DNA of 25,071 bases from Thermoproteota archaeon (GCA_025059435.1 JANXDK010000001.1:1-25071); one strand, 5' to 3'. Numbered from the stretch's first letter, positions 9,096-18,180 are shown. Program-made: numbers and translations. The notes: a model not told the origin generated them from the sequence alone.

Positions 9096-9410
9096 TTAAG
9101 GATTATGATCTCGACATATTTTTCTGATGCAAAACTTGCTGACTGCTTTTCTTAAAGTCCCTGAAACACCTACTATTCTTAAGGATAACTGTGTTTCAGG
9201 ACTGTTTACTCTTGCCTTAAGAATTGGAACCATTTTATGCGGACATTTTACTATGATAATACCATTATAATTGCGTATTATCTTAAAAAAGAAACCCTTT
9301 TGCTCTTTGCATGATTCTCTAAGAATATTGATCAGCCCATTATAATCTCTAACTTCGAACACTACGTATCTCGTTTTATACTCTTTTACCGGCATCTCTT
9401 CTATTACCAT
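9096..9410 (-). CDS. rnp2: RNase P protein subunit Pop5/Rpp14
   Basis: RYVVFEV near the N-terminus, IVKC.H, and IVGVSGTLRKA near the C-terminus; lies upstream of psmA. Confidence 0.8.
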   Translation of the reverse strand: MVIEEMPVKEYKTRYVVFEVRDYNGLINILRESCKEQKGFFFKIIRNYNGIIIVKCPHKMVPILKARVNSPETQLSLRIVGVSGTLRKAVSKFCIRKICRDHNP

Positions 9411-9477
9411 ATTACTCTCACAGGAGATAAACCTATATATTGAGAACTAAGATCTGTGTTGAGCAAGAAAGAGGAAG

Positions 9478-11931
9478 ATGGAAGAGAGAAGGGGGCTGAT
9501 GCTGGTTTCCGCATCCTACGACGGGAGTAGTAGGAGGGTTTTGCTTAAATTGTATGATCCGGAGAAGCAAGAGATGTTGATTTTCCCGTCTACTGAAAAT
9601 CATCAGCCTTACTTATTGACTGATTTAAGCATCGAGGAGTTGATGAACAATCAGCAGTTGATTAACCACCACGGATTTGATAGGATCGAGGAGGTTAAAA
9701 AATATGATCTGCTGGAAGATAGAGAGAAGATTTTCAGAAAGGTGATTGCGAAAGACCCGCTATCGATAGGTGGGTCTGCGACATCCCTAAGAGAGATAAT
9801 TGGTAGAGTTTGGGAAGCCGATATTCACTATACTTGGTGTTACATATACGATACGGATAAGAAACCTGGGCTATACTATGATATAGTTGATGGTAATCTA
9901 GTTGAGAGACGTTTAGAAACAATAATGGAGGAAGCCGTTAAGTTCCCCGAGTCTCATTATCCTGAAATAAGAGAGTTGGTTGAAATACTTAACCAGCCGA
10001 TACCATTTATGAAACTTTCCTCACTTGACATAGAAGTTAGACCCCCTGGTCCAAACCATGTCCCAGATGCAAATAAGGCAGAAGATCCGATAATCTCAGT
10101 GGCTTTCAAATCTAATACTGAAGGAGGTAAGGTCTACGTTCTTGATAATTTCGATGGGGAGGAGTATGATGGGGTTAAGAAGATAATTCACATCTCTAGC
10201 GAGGAGAGACTTTTGAAAGAGATATTTAAGGAAATTAATAAATATCCTTTCTTAGTGACTTTCAATGGTGATAAGTTCGACCTACTATACTTGTATAATA
10301 GGGCTAAAAAACTGTCATTGGATGAAGATCCTACCCTAGAAAAAGGTAAGGATTACGTTAATATTATTAACGGTGTGCATATAGACCTCTATAGGGTTTT
10401 TTTCAACAAGTCAATACAAAACTATGCATATGGTGGAGTATATAAGGAAGCAACGCTGGATGCTATTGGAAAGGCCCTGATAGGCAAGGGTAAAATAGAT
10501 TTGACGGAGGATATCTCGCTTCTTAAGCCAAAAGAACTTGCTGAGTATTGCTTTAGGGATGCGGAGATAACTTTTGACTTAATTGCTAGCAAGGACTACC
10601 TTCTTCTCAAGCTCTTAGTGCTTTTCATGAGGATAAGTAGGCTACCCATGGAAGATGTTGTTAGACATGGTGTCTCCACATGGATTAAAAGCATGCTTCT
10701 AAGCCTACACAGGAGAAAAAACTATCTAGTACCGAGACGGGAGGATATTCTACAGCTTAAAAGCGAAAAGAAATCTGAGGCTATCATAAAAGGTAAAAAA
10801 TATAGGGGGGCAATAGTGCTCGAGCCCAAGCCGGGCTTATACTTCAACCTTGTGATCCTCGATTTCGCATCACTATACCCAAGTATAATAATGAACTTCA
10901 ACATAAGCTACGAAACAGTCAGATGTGTTCATGAGAAGTGTAAGAGTAATACTCCGATGAACTCCCCCCACTGGATTTGTGTGGAAAGGAGAGGTATAGA
11001 GAGTTCCATAATAGGTGCGTTAAGAGAGCTTCGAGTAAAATATTATCAGCCTCTTTCTAAGAAAGCAGAAACCCCTGAAAAACGCGCTTTTTACGACGTT
11101 GTACAGAGAGCGATAAAAGTCTTCATAAACGCTAGCTACGGTGTTATGGGTGCGGACACTTTCCATTTCTATGCTCCATCTGCTGCTGAGACAGTAACGT
11201 GGATAGGTAGGGGAATATTCACTGAACTAGTTGAAGCCGCAAGGAGCCTCGGAATAGAGGTTGTTTACGGCGATACCGATTCAATATTCCTCAGGAATCC
11301 CAAGCCACATGAGGTGGAGAAGCTCATTGAACTCGTGAGAGAGAAGTACAATATTGAGCTTAATATCGATAAGGTATACAGATATGGGGTTTTCAGCCAG
11401 CGTAAGAAGAACTACCTTGGAGTTACAGAAGACGGTAACGTAGATATAAAGGGTCTTGTGGGAAAGAAGAGTTCAACACCCAAGTTCGTAAAGCAGGCTT
11501 TCCACGATATGGTTAGCATACTCAGCAAGGTTAAGAATGAGGAGGAGTTTAATGCGGCTGTTGAAAGCATAAAGAACATGATAAACGAATATGTTGAGAA
11601 ACTTGTTAACAAGCAGCTTAGTCTCGAGGAGCTTGCTTTCGAAGTAATGTTAAGCAAGCCTTTAGACGATTATGATAAAAACACGCCGCAACACGTAAAG
11701 GCAGCGAAACAACTTGAGAGAGAAATGGGTGTTAAAGCTAGGGCTGGTGACATAATCTCTTACGTTAAGGTTAAAAAAGGTGTTAAACCCGTTAAATTGG
11801 CTAGAATAGAAGAGATTGACCTTGATAAGTATCTTGAAGTCATGAAGGCTACTTTCGAACAGGTTCTCGATCCATTGGGTATAGATATAGAGCCTCCTAG
11901 GAGAAGCCTAAAGCTTAAAGACTTCATGTAG
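9478..11931 (+). CDS. polB1: Family B DNA polymerase, PolB1 type
   Basis: Exo I LDIEV, Exo II FNGDKFD, Exo III YCFRDA; motif A DFASLYPS, B KVFINASYG, C YGDTDS. PolB1-like N-terminus LVSASYD...LKLYDP and CVHEKC...PHWIC motif. No intein. Confidence 0.95.
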   Translation: MEERRGLMLVSASYDGSSRRVLLKLYDPEKQEMLIFPSTENHQPYLLTDLSIEELMNNQQLINHHGFDRIEEVKKYDLLEDREKIFRKVIAKDPLSIGGSATSLREIIGRVWEADIHYTWCYIYDTDKKPGLYYDIVDGNLVERRLETIMEEAVKFPESHYPEIRELVEILNQPIPFMKLSSLDIEVRPPGPNHVPDANKAEDPIISVAFKSNTEGGKVYVLDNFDGEEYDGVKKIIHISSEERLLKEIFKEINKYPFLVTFNGDKFDLLYLYNRAKKLSLDEDPTLEKGKDYVNIINGVHIDLYRVFFNKSIQNYAYGGVYKEATLDAIGKALIGKGKIDLTEDISLLKPKELAEYCFRDAEITFDLIASKDYLLLKLLVLFMRISRLPMEDVVRHGVSTWIKSMLLSLHRRKNYLVPRREDILQLKSEKKSEAIIKGKKYRGAIVLEPKPGLYFNLVILDFASLYPSIIMNFNISYETVRCVHEKCKSNTPMNSPHWICVERRGIESSIIGALRELRVKYYQPLSKKAETPEKRAFYDVVQRAIKVFINASYGVMGADTFHFYAPSAAETVTWIGRGIFTELVEAARSLGIEVVYGDTDSIFLRNPKPHEVEKLIELVREKYNIELNIDKVYRYGVFSQRKKNYLGVTEDGNVDIKGLVGKKSSTPKFVKQAFHDMVSILSKVKNEEEFNAAVESIKNMINEYVEKLVNKQLSLEELAFEVMLSKPLDDYDKNTPQHVKAAKQLEREMGVKARAGDIISYVKVKKGVKPVKLARIEEIDLDKYLEVMKATFEQVLDPLGIDIEPPRRSLKLKDFM

Positions 11932-11951
11932 CAGCAATCATTGTTGTTAGA

Positions 11952-12899
11952 ATGGGTAAGAAACCAAGCGTTATAGTAGTTGGAGCAGGCGGTTTCGGGA
12001 AGAACCATGTAAGAGTTCTTGCAGAGCTCGGAAGCTTGGGTGGAGTATGCGACATAGATAGGGAGAAGGCCAGCACATACGGAAAATTATACAATGTACC
12101 GTATTACTTAAACGTATCTGATATTCCTGAGGGAGCCTACGATGGAGCAATAGTCTCAACGCCCACTTCAACCCATAAGGATGTTGCAATGCAAATAGCA
12201 TCGAAAGAAATAGGATATATATTCATAGAAAAGCCTTTCACTCCAACGCTGAAGGAAGCAATAGAACTCATCGAATTTCTTAAAAGGAAGAATGTTAAGA
12301 TAATGGTGGGCTTTATTGAGAGGTTCAATCCAGCCGTCAAGATGGTTAAGAAGTATGTTGATGAAGAGGCTTTAGGCGAGATAATCATGGCTTCGGCTAC
12401 TAGGGTGAGAAGATGGCCTGAGAGAATAATCGATTCAGGGGTCCTCTTAGATACTGCGATTCACGATGTGGATTTGATGAGATATCTTTTCTCAGAAGAG
12501 CCGATCAAAGTATACGCTAAAACGGGAAAGTCGATGCATAGGATCCACGAAGACTATGCAACGATACTATTAACCTTCCAGAGTGGGAAAATGGCATTAA
12601 TTAATGCGAACTGGTTGACCCCTTTTAAGATAAGAAGTATAGAGGTAATAGGTTCTGAAGGCGTGGTTGAAGCCGATTTGGTTACACAACAAGTAACTCT
12701 AAGCTCTAAGGATGATAGGATAACCCCCTTCTCAGAGTGGAGAGAACCCCTTCGCTATGAGTTGAAACATTTCCTTGACTGTATAACTAGTAATGAAAAA
12801 CCCAATCCAGATGAGAGGGATGCTTTAAAAGCACTTGAAATAATCGAGGCCAGTTTAAAATCCTCGAAGACAGGAAATTCCGTTGAGGTAAGTACGTAA
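11952..12899 (+). CDS. Gfo/Idh/MocA family NAD(P)-dependent oxidoreductase
   Basis: GAGGFGKNH Rossmann motif, IEKP, GFIERFNP, DTAIHDVD, ANWLTPFKIR, EPLRYEL; resembles nucleotide-sugar 3-dehydrogenases, substrate not established. Confidence 0.88.
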   Translation: MGKKPSVIVVGAGGFGKNHVRVLAELGSLGGVCDIDREKASTYGKLYNVPYYLNVSDIPEGAYDGAIVSTPTSTHKDVAMQIASKEIGYIFIEKPFTPTLKEAIELIEFLKRKNVKIMVGFIERFNPAVKMVKKYVDEEALGEIIMASATRVRRWPERIIDSGVLLDTAIHDVDLMRYLFSEEPIKVYAKTGKSMHRIHEDYATILLTFQSGKMALINANWLTPFKIRSIEVIGSEGVVEADLVTQQVTLSSKDDRITPFSEWREPLRYELKHFLDCITSNEKPNPDERDALKALEIIEASLKSSKTGNSVEVST

Positions 12900-12916
12900 C
12901 CTTTTTAAAAAGCTTC

Positions 12917-13327
12917 TTGAAGGGATGCGCAGTATTGAGCTCTGGGAAAGAGTCTGGGAGAACAACGTCGATCCAGAACGCTATTTTAGGGAGAAGATTA
13001 TTTAATCTGTCTCCGGGAATAATCCTTGCAGTAACATACTTTTTAGCAAGCATTACTACAAGCGAAAGAGCCTACAACTTGATTATTGCAGGAGCATTGA
13101 TAGGATTTTCCACTTGTATAAGGTTGATTTCTGAAAAAATGCTTAAGAGAATTGTGCGCTACATGTTTCTAACGGGGGTGGTGATGGGAGTTACTGGAAT
13201 TTCGCCACCATTTTATTTCACAATAGTTTACGGAATAATGTCACCTATGGATTTGGCGTTTAGTATAGTTTGTGTAGTTCTTACCGTAGTGACTATTGTC
13301 AAAATAAAGAATTTTAATATACTGTAA
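12917..13327 (+). CDS. Hypothetical membrane protein, about 4 TM segments (start uncertain)
   Basis: Fills the gap between co-oriented genes; four hydrophobic stretches; no family recognised. Confidence 0.55.
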   Translation: MKGCAVLSSGKESGRTTSIQNAILGRRLFNLSPGIILAVTYFLASITTSERAYNLIIAGALIGFSTCIRLISEKMLKRIVRYMFLTGVVMGVTGISPPFYFTIVYGIMSPMDLAFSIVCVVLTVVTIVKIKNFNIL

Positions 13328-13385
13328 AGGAAGAATCTGGAGTATAGAAAAGTTAATTACCACCTTGACTCATTGAATACGAGTA

Positions 13386-13874
13386 TTGAATAAGTCGAAT
13401 GTCTTAGCAATTGGCGTACTGCTAGTAGGGCTTGGTCTATATCTTCAGAGTAGCAAAGGAATGATTAGAGAGGAACTAATGAAATATACGGGTGGAGAAG
13501 GGAACTTCACGTCGCTCACAACAATCCTTTTCTGGGCTGGCTTAATAGTTGTGATAATTTCAATATTGATCAGGCCGAAGAAAAGGAGGATAGTAATACC
13601 TGCTGAAACCGAAGTCCCCCAGAAGAAGTTGACAGAAGTTGGATATGGAGCCGAGGAAGCCTTGGAAGCTAGCGAGACTGGAGTTGAGCAAGCATACGAA
13701 GAGGTTCCTCCGTCTCCTGAAGAGGTTGTAGAAGAGAGTATGGGGGAAGAGACTGTTGAGGAGGAAGAGAAGCCTGGGAAAGTGGGTGAAGTAATCGGTT
13801 TCTGTCCAAGATGCGGCGCCCCTGTTACTGAGGGAGTAAGATATTGTAGGAAATGCGGCCTTAAATTGAAATAA
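13386..13874 (+). CDS. Membrane-anchored protein with acidic linker and C-terminal zinc ribbon
   Basis: Two N-terminal hydrophobic segments, Glu-rich linker, C-terminal CPRC-x10-CRKC. Confidence 0.8.
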   Translation: MNKSNVLAIGVLLVGLGLYLQSSKGMIREELMKYTGGEGNFTSLTTILFWAGLIVVIISILIRPKKRRIVIPAETEVPQKKLTEVGYGAEEALEASETGVEQAYEEVPPSPEEVVEESMGEETVEEEEKPGKVGEVIGFCPRCGAPVTEGVRYCRKCGLKLK

Positions 13875-13915
13875 GCTTCAAGAGTTAATTTTATAAGGGT
13901 AAAATAATTTCCATT

Positions 13916-14989
13916 TTGAATCAGAGATTGGGTAAAATAAAAGTCGCAATAGCCGGCGTCGGAAACTGTGCGTCAGCCCTAGTGCAGGGGGTTTATTACT
14001 ACCGTAATGGTAATGATCAAACCGGTTTAGCACATCCCGATGTAGGGGGCTATAAGCCCGAAGACATAGAGTTCGTAGCCGCCTTCGACGTAGATAGTAG
14101 GAAAGTCGGTAAAGATCTGAGTGAAGCGATCTTTGAGAAGCCGAATAATACGATTAAGTTTCAAGAAGTCCCTAAAATCGGAGTTACTGTAAAGAAGGGT
14201 CCTGTTCTAGACGGGGTAGGAAGGTATTTAAGAGAAGTCATAAAGTTCTCAGAAGATAAGGATACAAATATTGTGGAAGAGTTAAAATCATCCGGTGCGG
14301 ATATTCTGATAAACTACCTTCCTGTTGGCAGTGAGAATGGGAGTCGTTTCTATGCTCAATCCGCTTTGGAAGCCAATGTCGCATTCATAAATGCTATGCC
14401 GACTTTCATAGCCTCATCTGAAGAATGGCAGAAAAAGTTTGAAGAAAAAGGGTTGCCTATTGCGGGCGACGACGTTATGAGCCAACTCGGTGCAACAGTT
14501 TTACATAAGACGCTGATAAAACTCTTAGTCGACAGGGGGGTTAAGGTGGACGAGTCGTACCAGCTTAACATAGGTGGGGATACGGATTTTCTGAATATGC
14601 TGGAGCAGCAGAGGCTTGTATCAAAGAGGGAGAGTAAGACCTCTGCAGTAAGAGCAATGTCTCCATATGAGATGCCTTTGAGAATAGGACCGAGCGATTA
14701 TATTCCGTTTCTAGAAAACGAGAAAATATGTTATATATGGATAAAAGGAAGGTATTTCGGTGGAGCACCATTGTCCATCGACCTTAAGCTTTCAGTAATA
14801 GATTCTCCAAACAGTGCTGGAGTAATAATAGATGCGTTAAGAGGAGTCAAGGTTGCTATGGACAGAGGTATTAGCGGGCCTCTAATAAGCGTGTCTGCAT
14901 ACTGTTTTAAACATCCCCCAGTTCAAATGCCATACGAGGAAGCTAAGAGGAGATTCGAAGAGTTCATAAGAGGAGAACGTGAAAGATAG
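13916..14989 (+). CDS. ino1: Myo-inositol-1-phosphate synthase (start may be TTG at 13928)
   Basis: KVAIAGVGNCAS, INYLPVGS, GDDVMSQLGAT, YQLNIGGDTDFLNM, SKRESKT, DSPNSAG. Confidence 0.96.
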   Translation: MNQRLGKIKVAIAGVGNCASALVQGVYYYRNGNDQTGLAHPDVGGYKPEDIEFVAAFDVDSRKVGKDLSEAIFEKPNNTIKFQEVPKIGVTVKKGPVLDGVGRYLREVIKFSEDKDTNIVEELKSSGADILINYLPVGSENGSRFYAQSALEANVAFINAMPTFIASSEEWQKKFEEKGLPIAGDDVMSQLGATVLHKTLIKLLVDRGVKVDESYQLNIGGDTDFLNMLEQQRLVSKRESKTSAVRAMSPYEMPLRIGPSDYIPFLENEKICYIWIKGRYFGGAPLSIDLKLSVIDSPNSAGVIIDALRGVKVAMDRGISGPLISVSAYCFKHPPVQMPYEEAKRRFEEFIRGERER

Positions 14990-15008
14990 GAAACATTATT
15001 CCTGCTCT

Positions 15009-15431
15009 TTACAAGCCGATTATAAGCTCTATAGTGGCTTCACAACCTTCCCTCAACCTTTCGACTATTCTCCTATCTATGTCTACGGCACTCTTGTTAC
15101 TTCTAATCCCAACTGTCTTGTCGCAGATGTATTTGCTTTTCCTGAAGACCATCGTAAAATCATCCCTAAAAGTTAGAGCAGGATCACCGTAGCAATAAAA
15201 CTCGTCCACGAGGTCTCCAGCAATTATTTTAACAATTATCTTAACTGGTTTTCTAGCGGCATTCTTAAAAGCGTCAGAGAGCATTCTAGGAGACTTGTCT
15301 GCAGAAACTAGTAGGAAACAATCTCCACTCTTCCTTACTTCAGCATCTCTGGTAATCGCCAGCGTAGTAGGGTGGGTTGCACTTATATTCTTATGCCCTC
15401 TGCCATGGACTTTTTCCACAATGGTACTCAT
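15009..15431 (-). CDS. DUF371 family protein
   Basis: GRGHKNISATHPTTLAITRD, GDC, VFRKSKY...KT..I.SNKSA.D motifs. Confidence 0.85.
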   Translation of the reverse strand: MSTIVEKVHGRGHKNISATHPTTLAITRDAEVRKSGDCFLLVSADKSPRMLSDAFKNAARKPVKIIVKIIAGDLVDEFYCYGDPALTFRDDFTMVFRKSKYICDKTVGIRSNKSAVDIDRRIVERLREGCEATIELIIGL

Positions 15432-15475
15432 ACCTAAGCGAAAAATGGTTTTATTCTTAGATTTAAGAAATACTG

Positions 15476-16183
15476 TTGTTAAAGTGGAAGAGGATGGATG
15501 CTTCGGACCCGTATTTTGAAGAGCGGAAGAGTCTAGTGGAGCGTCTTGTCAAAGAGGGTATTATAAAATCGGAGAAAGTGAAGAATGCTATGCTCAGGAT
15601 CCCTAGGCATGAGTTCGTATGGCCAGACCAGTTGAAACATGCTTATGAGGATACTCCCCTACCATTGGGTGAGACAAACCAGACGGTGTCGGCACCTCAC
15701 ATGGTCGCTTTGATGAACGAGCTTCTCGACATCCAAGTGGGTGAAAAAATTCTCGAAGTAGGTACTGGAGGAGGGTATCATGCTGCTACTCTAGCAGTCT
15801 TAACTTGTCCCAATCTTGATTCTCCGAAGCCCCTGGTTTTCACGATTGAAATAAACCCTAAGCTCGCTAAATTCGCAAAGAGTAACCTTTCTAGACTCGG
15901 GTTGGATAAGGTTGTTAAAGTCATAGAGGGCGATGGGTCTAAAGGCTATTTGGAAGAGGCTCCTTATGATTGTATTTCAGTAACCGCAGCAGCACCTAGG
16001 ATACCTGATCCACTTATAGAACAGTTGAAGCCAGGTGGGAGAATGGTTATCCCTGTCCAATCCGAGTTTTTCGAACAAAACCTTATCCTTGTCAAGAAGG
16101 ATGAGAAAGGTAGAGTTAGCAAGTTTAACGCGGGGCCGGTGATATTCGTCCCGCTTCGTGGAGAATACGGTTTTAGTTTTTAA
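15476..16183 (+). CDS. pcm: Protein-L-isoaspartate O-methyltransferase (start probably ATG at 15494)
   Basis: IPRHEFV, AYEDTPL, QTVSAPHMVA, LEVGTGGGYHAA, GDGSKG...APYD.I.VTAAA, QLKPGGRMVIP, FVPL.G. Confidence 0.95.
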   Translation: MLKWKRMDASDPYFEERKSLVERLVKEGIIKSEKVKNAMLRIPRHEFVWPDQLKHAYEDTPLPLGETNQTVSAPHMVALMNELLDIQVGEKILEVGTGGGYHAATLAVLTCPNLDSPKPLVFTIEINPKLAKFAKSNLSRLGLDKVVKVIEGDGSKGYLEEAPYDCISVTAAAPRIPDPLIEQLKPGGRMVIPVQSEFFEQNLILVKKDEKGRVSKFNAGPVIFVPLRGEYGFSF

Positions 16184-17205
16184 AACCACTTGGATAAGGA
16201 TCCTTCAGTAGCCTTTTTCCTCTTCTTAACTTCCTCGATGGCCTTAGTAATCCTGTCTGGGGAAAAATCATGCTCTTCGTGCAGGAATCTTACAACGCCC
16301 TCTTCGTCAATATCCTTCCACTCGAGTTCATCTAGGTCCTTGACTTCAGGATTTAGAAAAAACTCCTTCGCCTCATAATACCTTGAAATCTTAGACATGT
16401 CTTCCCCATATTTCCTGAAGATATCCTCTAAGCTCATCCCGCTCTTGACTAATTCCAACGCCCTCTTCGGACCTATGCCCTTTATACCTTCCGTATAATC
16501 GGTGCCTACTAGTAGAGCAATATCTACCAATTGTTCTCTTGTAATCGACAATGTGCTCAAAGTCTCTTCCAACGATATTTCTTCAGGATTAACTTCGACA
16601 TACGCTTTTTTACCAGGAAGCTTTCTTCTGCCAGTTATAGTAAGATTCCTCACAAGCATTTTACCTCCAAAGAGGAGGGAATCAAAATCCTGGCTTCCAA
16701 CGTAATCTGCCACGCCTGTTACAACCATATGTGCAGCTTGAGCTTCTCCTTCTGAAGGCGCGTGGACAACAGGTATTCCCATTAGGCTGATAAGCTTCTC
16801 AGCGGACTTAATGAGATACTCGTCTAAGGTTGCAGACATCTGAGCATACTTACGCGCTTCTTCAATTCTCCCTGATACTAGAGCCTCTTCGTATTTCTTA
16901 GAAGCTTCCTCACGCAACATTTTCCTCCTTTCAGCCTCCTCCCTCTTAATTTTAGGGGGTTCACCGTCGAATACGTAGATAGGCCTAAGTCCTGCAGAGA
17001 GAAAATTACATGTCCTATAGAATATCCCCGAGAGATGACTCGTTATCCTACCCCTAGAATCCATTAAAGGCCTACCATCGGGCCCTCTTATTATAGTGAG
17101 GAATTGGTAAAGCGTGTTATACGTATCTATCGCAATCCTCTTATTGGCGAGATCTTCAAGCCTTATCTCTCTAGCCGGGACTATGTCTCCCAGCTGAACT
17201 CCCAT
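16180..17205 (-). CDS. fen: Flap endonuclease 1
   Basis: IDTYNTLYQFL.IIR, SHLSGIFYR, VFDG.PP, PSEGEAQAA, SQDFDSLLFG, GTDY..GIKGIGPK.AL; C-terminal PIP-like EGSLSKWF. Confidence 0.97.
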   Translation of the reverse strand: MGVQLGDIVPAREIRLEDLANKRIAIDTYNTLYQFLTIIRGPDGRPLMDSRGRITSHLSGIFYRTCNFLSAGLRPIYVFDGEPPKIKREEAERRKMLREEASKKYEEALVSGRIEEARKYAQMSATLDEYLIKSAEKLISLMGIPVVHAPSEGEAQAAHMVVTGVADYVGSQDFDSLLFGGKMLVRNLTITGRRKLPGKKAYVEVNPEEISLEETLSTLSITREQLVDIALLVGTDYTEGIKGIGPKRALELVKSGMSLEDIFRKYGEDMSKISRYYEAKEFFLNPEVKDLDELEWKDIDEEGVVRFLHEEHDFSPDRITKAIEEVKKRKKATEGSLSKWF

Positions 17206-17254
17206 TACAAAATAAATGGTGTTCGAGAGACTATTAACGGTTTCGGAAAACTTT

Positions 17255-17500
17255 TCAAATATTGGGTTTGACTAATTCGAGTCTCTGATCCTTCTTACCT
17301 GAGGCGAATACTCTGAGAATGCCTCTTATCTCCATTGCCATTAGTTCTCTCTCCACTTCTAGAATGCTTACTTTCCCAATGTCCTTTTCCAAACTTCTTA
17401 AAAGCTCTGTTAAAGTGAGGCTCCTCTTCTTTTCCAAGATATCAAATATATAATTCCTAAGCGGGATTATCCTCCTACTCTCCTCGGGTGTCCTAACCAC
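17255..17500 (-). CDS. Small winged-helix-like protein (81 aa)
   Basis: Three helices then a wing (LMAMEIRGILRV...RLELV); GTG start overlaps the EF-1beta stop by 8 bp. Confidence 0.7.
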   Translation of the reverse strand: MVRTPEESRRIIPLRNYIFDILEKKRSLTLTELLRSLEKDIGKVSILEVERELMAMEIRGILRVFASGKKDQRLELVKPNI

Positions 17501-17783
17501 CCTCTCTCCAAACCTCCACTTTCCTGGTTACGTTTATTATCTCCATTTCAGATACTCCATCGGTATTTCTAATCTCTTCTTCAATCCTATCAGATATTCC
17601 GTCAATTTCAGGGACCTCTACATTAACTAAGAGTATTTTCATACCGAAGAAATAATCGGATACTTGATGGGCAGTTATTCTACCGCTTTTCAGATTTTTC
17701 TCTAATCTCTTCAAAAGCTCATCTAAATCATTAGTATTCTCATCTGGGAAAATTCTCAGAGTGTATACTATTTGCTTCATCAT
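17493..17783 (-). CDS. ef1b: Translation elongation factor 1-beta
   Basis: LRIFPDE..DLDEL, FFGMKIL.V, D.IEE.I....GVSE.EI..V pattern; GGAGGAG RBS. Confidence 0.88.
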   Translation of the reverse strand: MMKQIVYTLRIFPDENTNDLDELLKRLEKNLKSGRITAHQVSDYFFGMKILLVNVEVPEIDGISDRIEEEIRNTDGVSEMEIINVTRKVEVWREGG

Positions 17784-17858
17784 TCAACTCCTCCGTAGTG
17801 CATTATTGAAACAAGATCTGAATTAATACTTTTATACAACAACCCGACCGTCAGGTTT

Positions 17859-17886
17859 CTGAGAACCTATATAAAGCTTTTCTCAG
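17859..17886. promoter_or_regulatory. 7-bp inverted repeat enclosing a BRE/TATA-like element upstream of ef1b
   Basis: CTGAGAA-14 nt-TTCTCAG; the minus strand reads GAGAAAAGC-TTTATATA inside it. Confidence 0.35.
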
Positions 17887-17928
17887 GAGATGTTGGGATC
17901 GATTGGATCTAGACAAAAGTATCTTTGT

Positions 17929-18090
17929 CTATGGCATAGTATAGCCACATTTTGGACACTTGATTTCTCTGGCAAATGTTCTACATTTCTCACAGCGCCA
18001 TAAGGTTACTTCTCCACAGTTAAAACACGTAAATCTCACATACTTCTCGTAAGGATCTATCGGCCTGTTGCAGGATGTGCATACTACCAT
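17929..18090 (-). CDS. Small double zinc-finger protein, DUF1610 / HVO_2753-like (53 aa; not in ORF track)
   Basis: Translated by hand: MVVCTSCNRPIDPYEKYVRFTCFNCGEVTLWRCEKCRTFAREIKCPKCGYTMP; four CxxC pairs; upstream of ef1b. Confidence 0.9.
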   Translation of the reverse strand: MVVCTSCNRPIDPYEKYVRFTCFNCGEVTLWRCEKCRTFAREIKCPKCGYTMP

Positions 18091-18180
18091 TTTGCAGACC
18101 GTTTCAATTAAGCCTTTAATAAGCTTAGTGGTTTAGGAAATGTGGAAAAGCTTAAGCCATTCATCGGATTTCTAAAAAAG

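Noticed and set aside
9478-11931. Intein in PolB1 (also checked rpoB and DP1)
   Set aside because: Lengths and motif spacing are normal; no Cys/Ser...His-Asn splice blocks or LAGLIDADG motifs seen.
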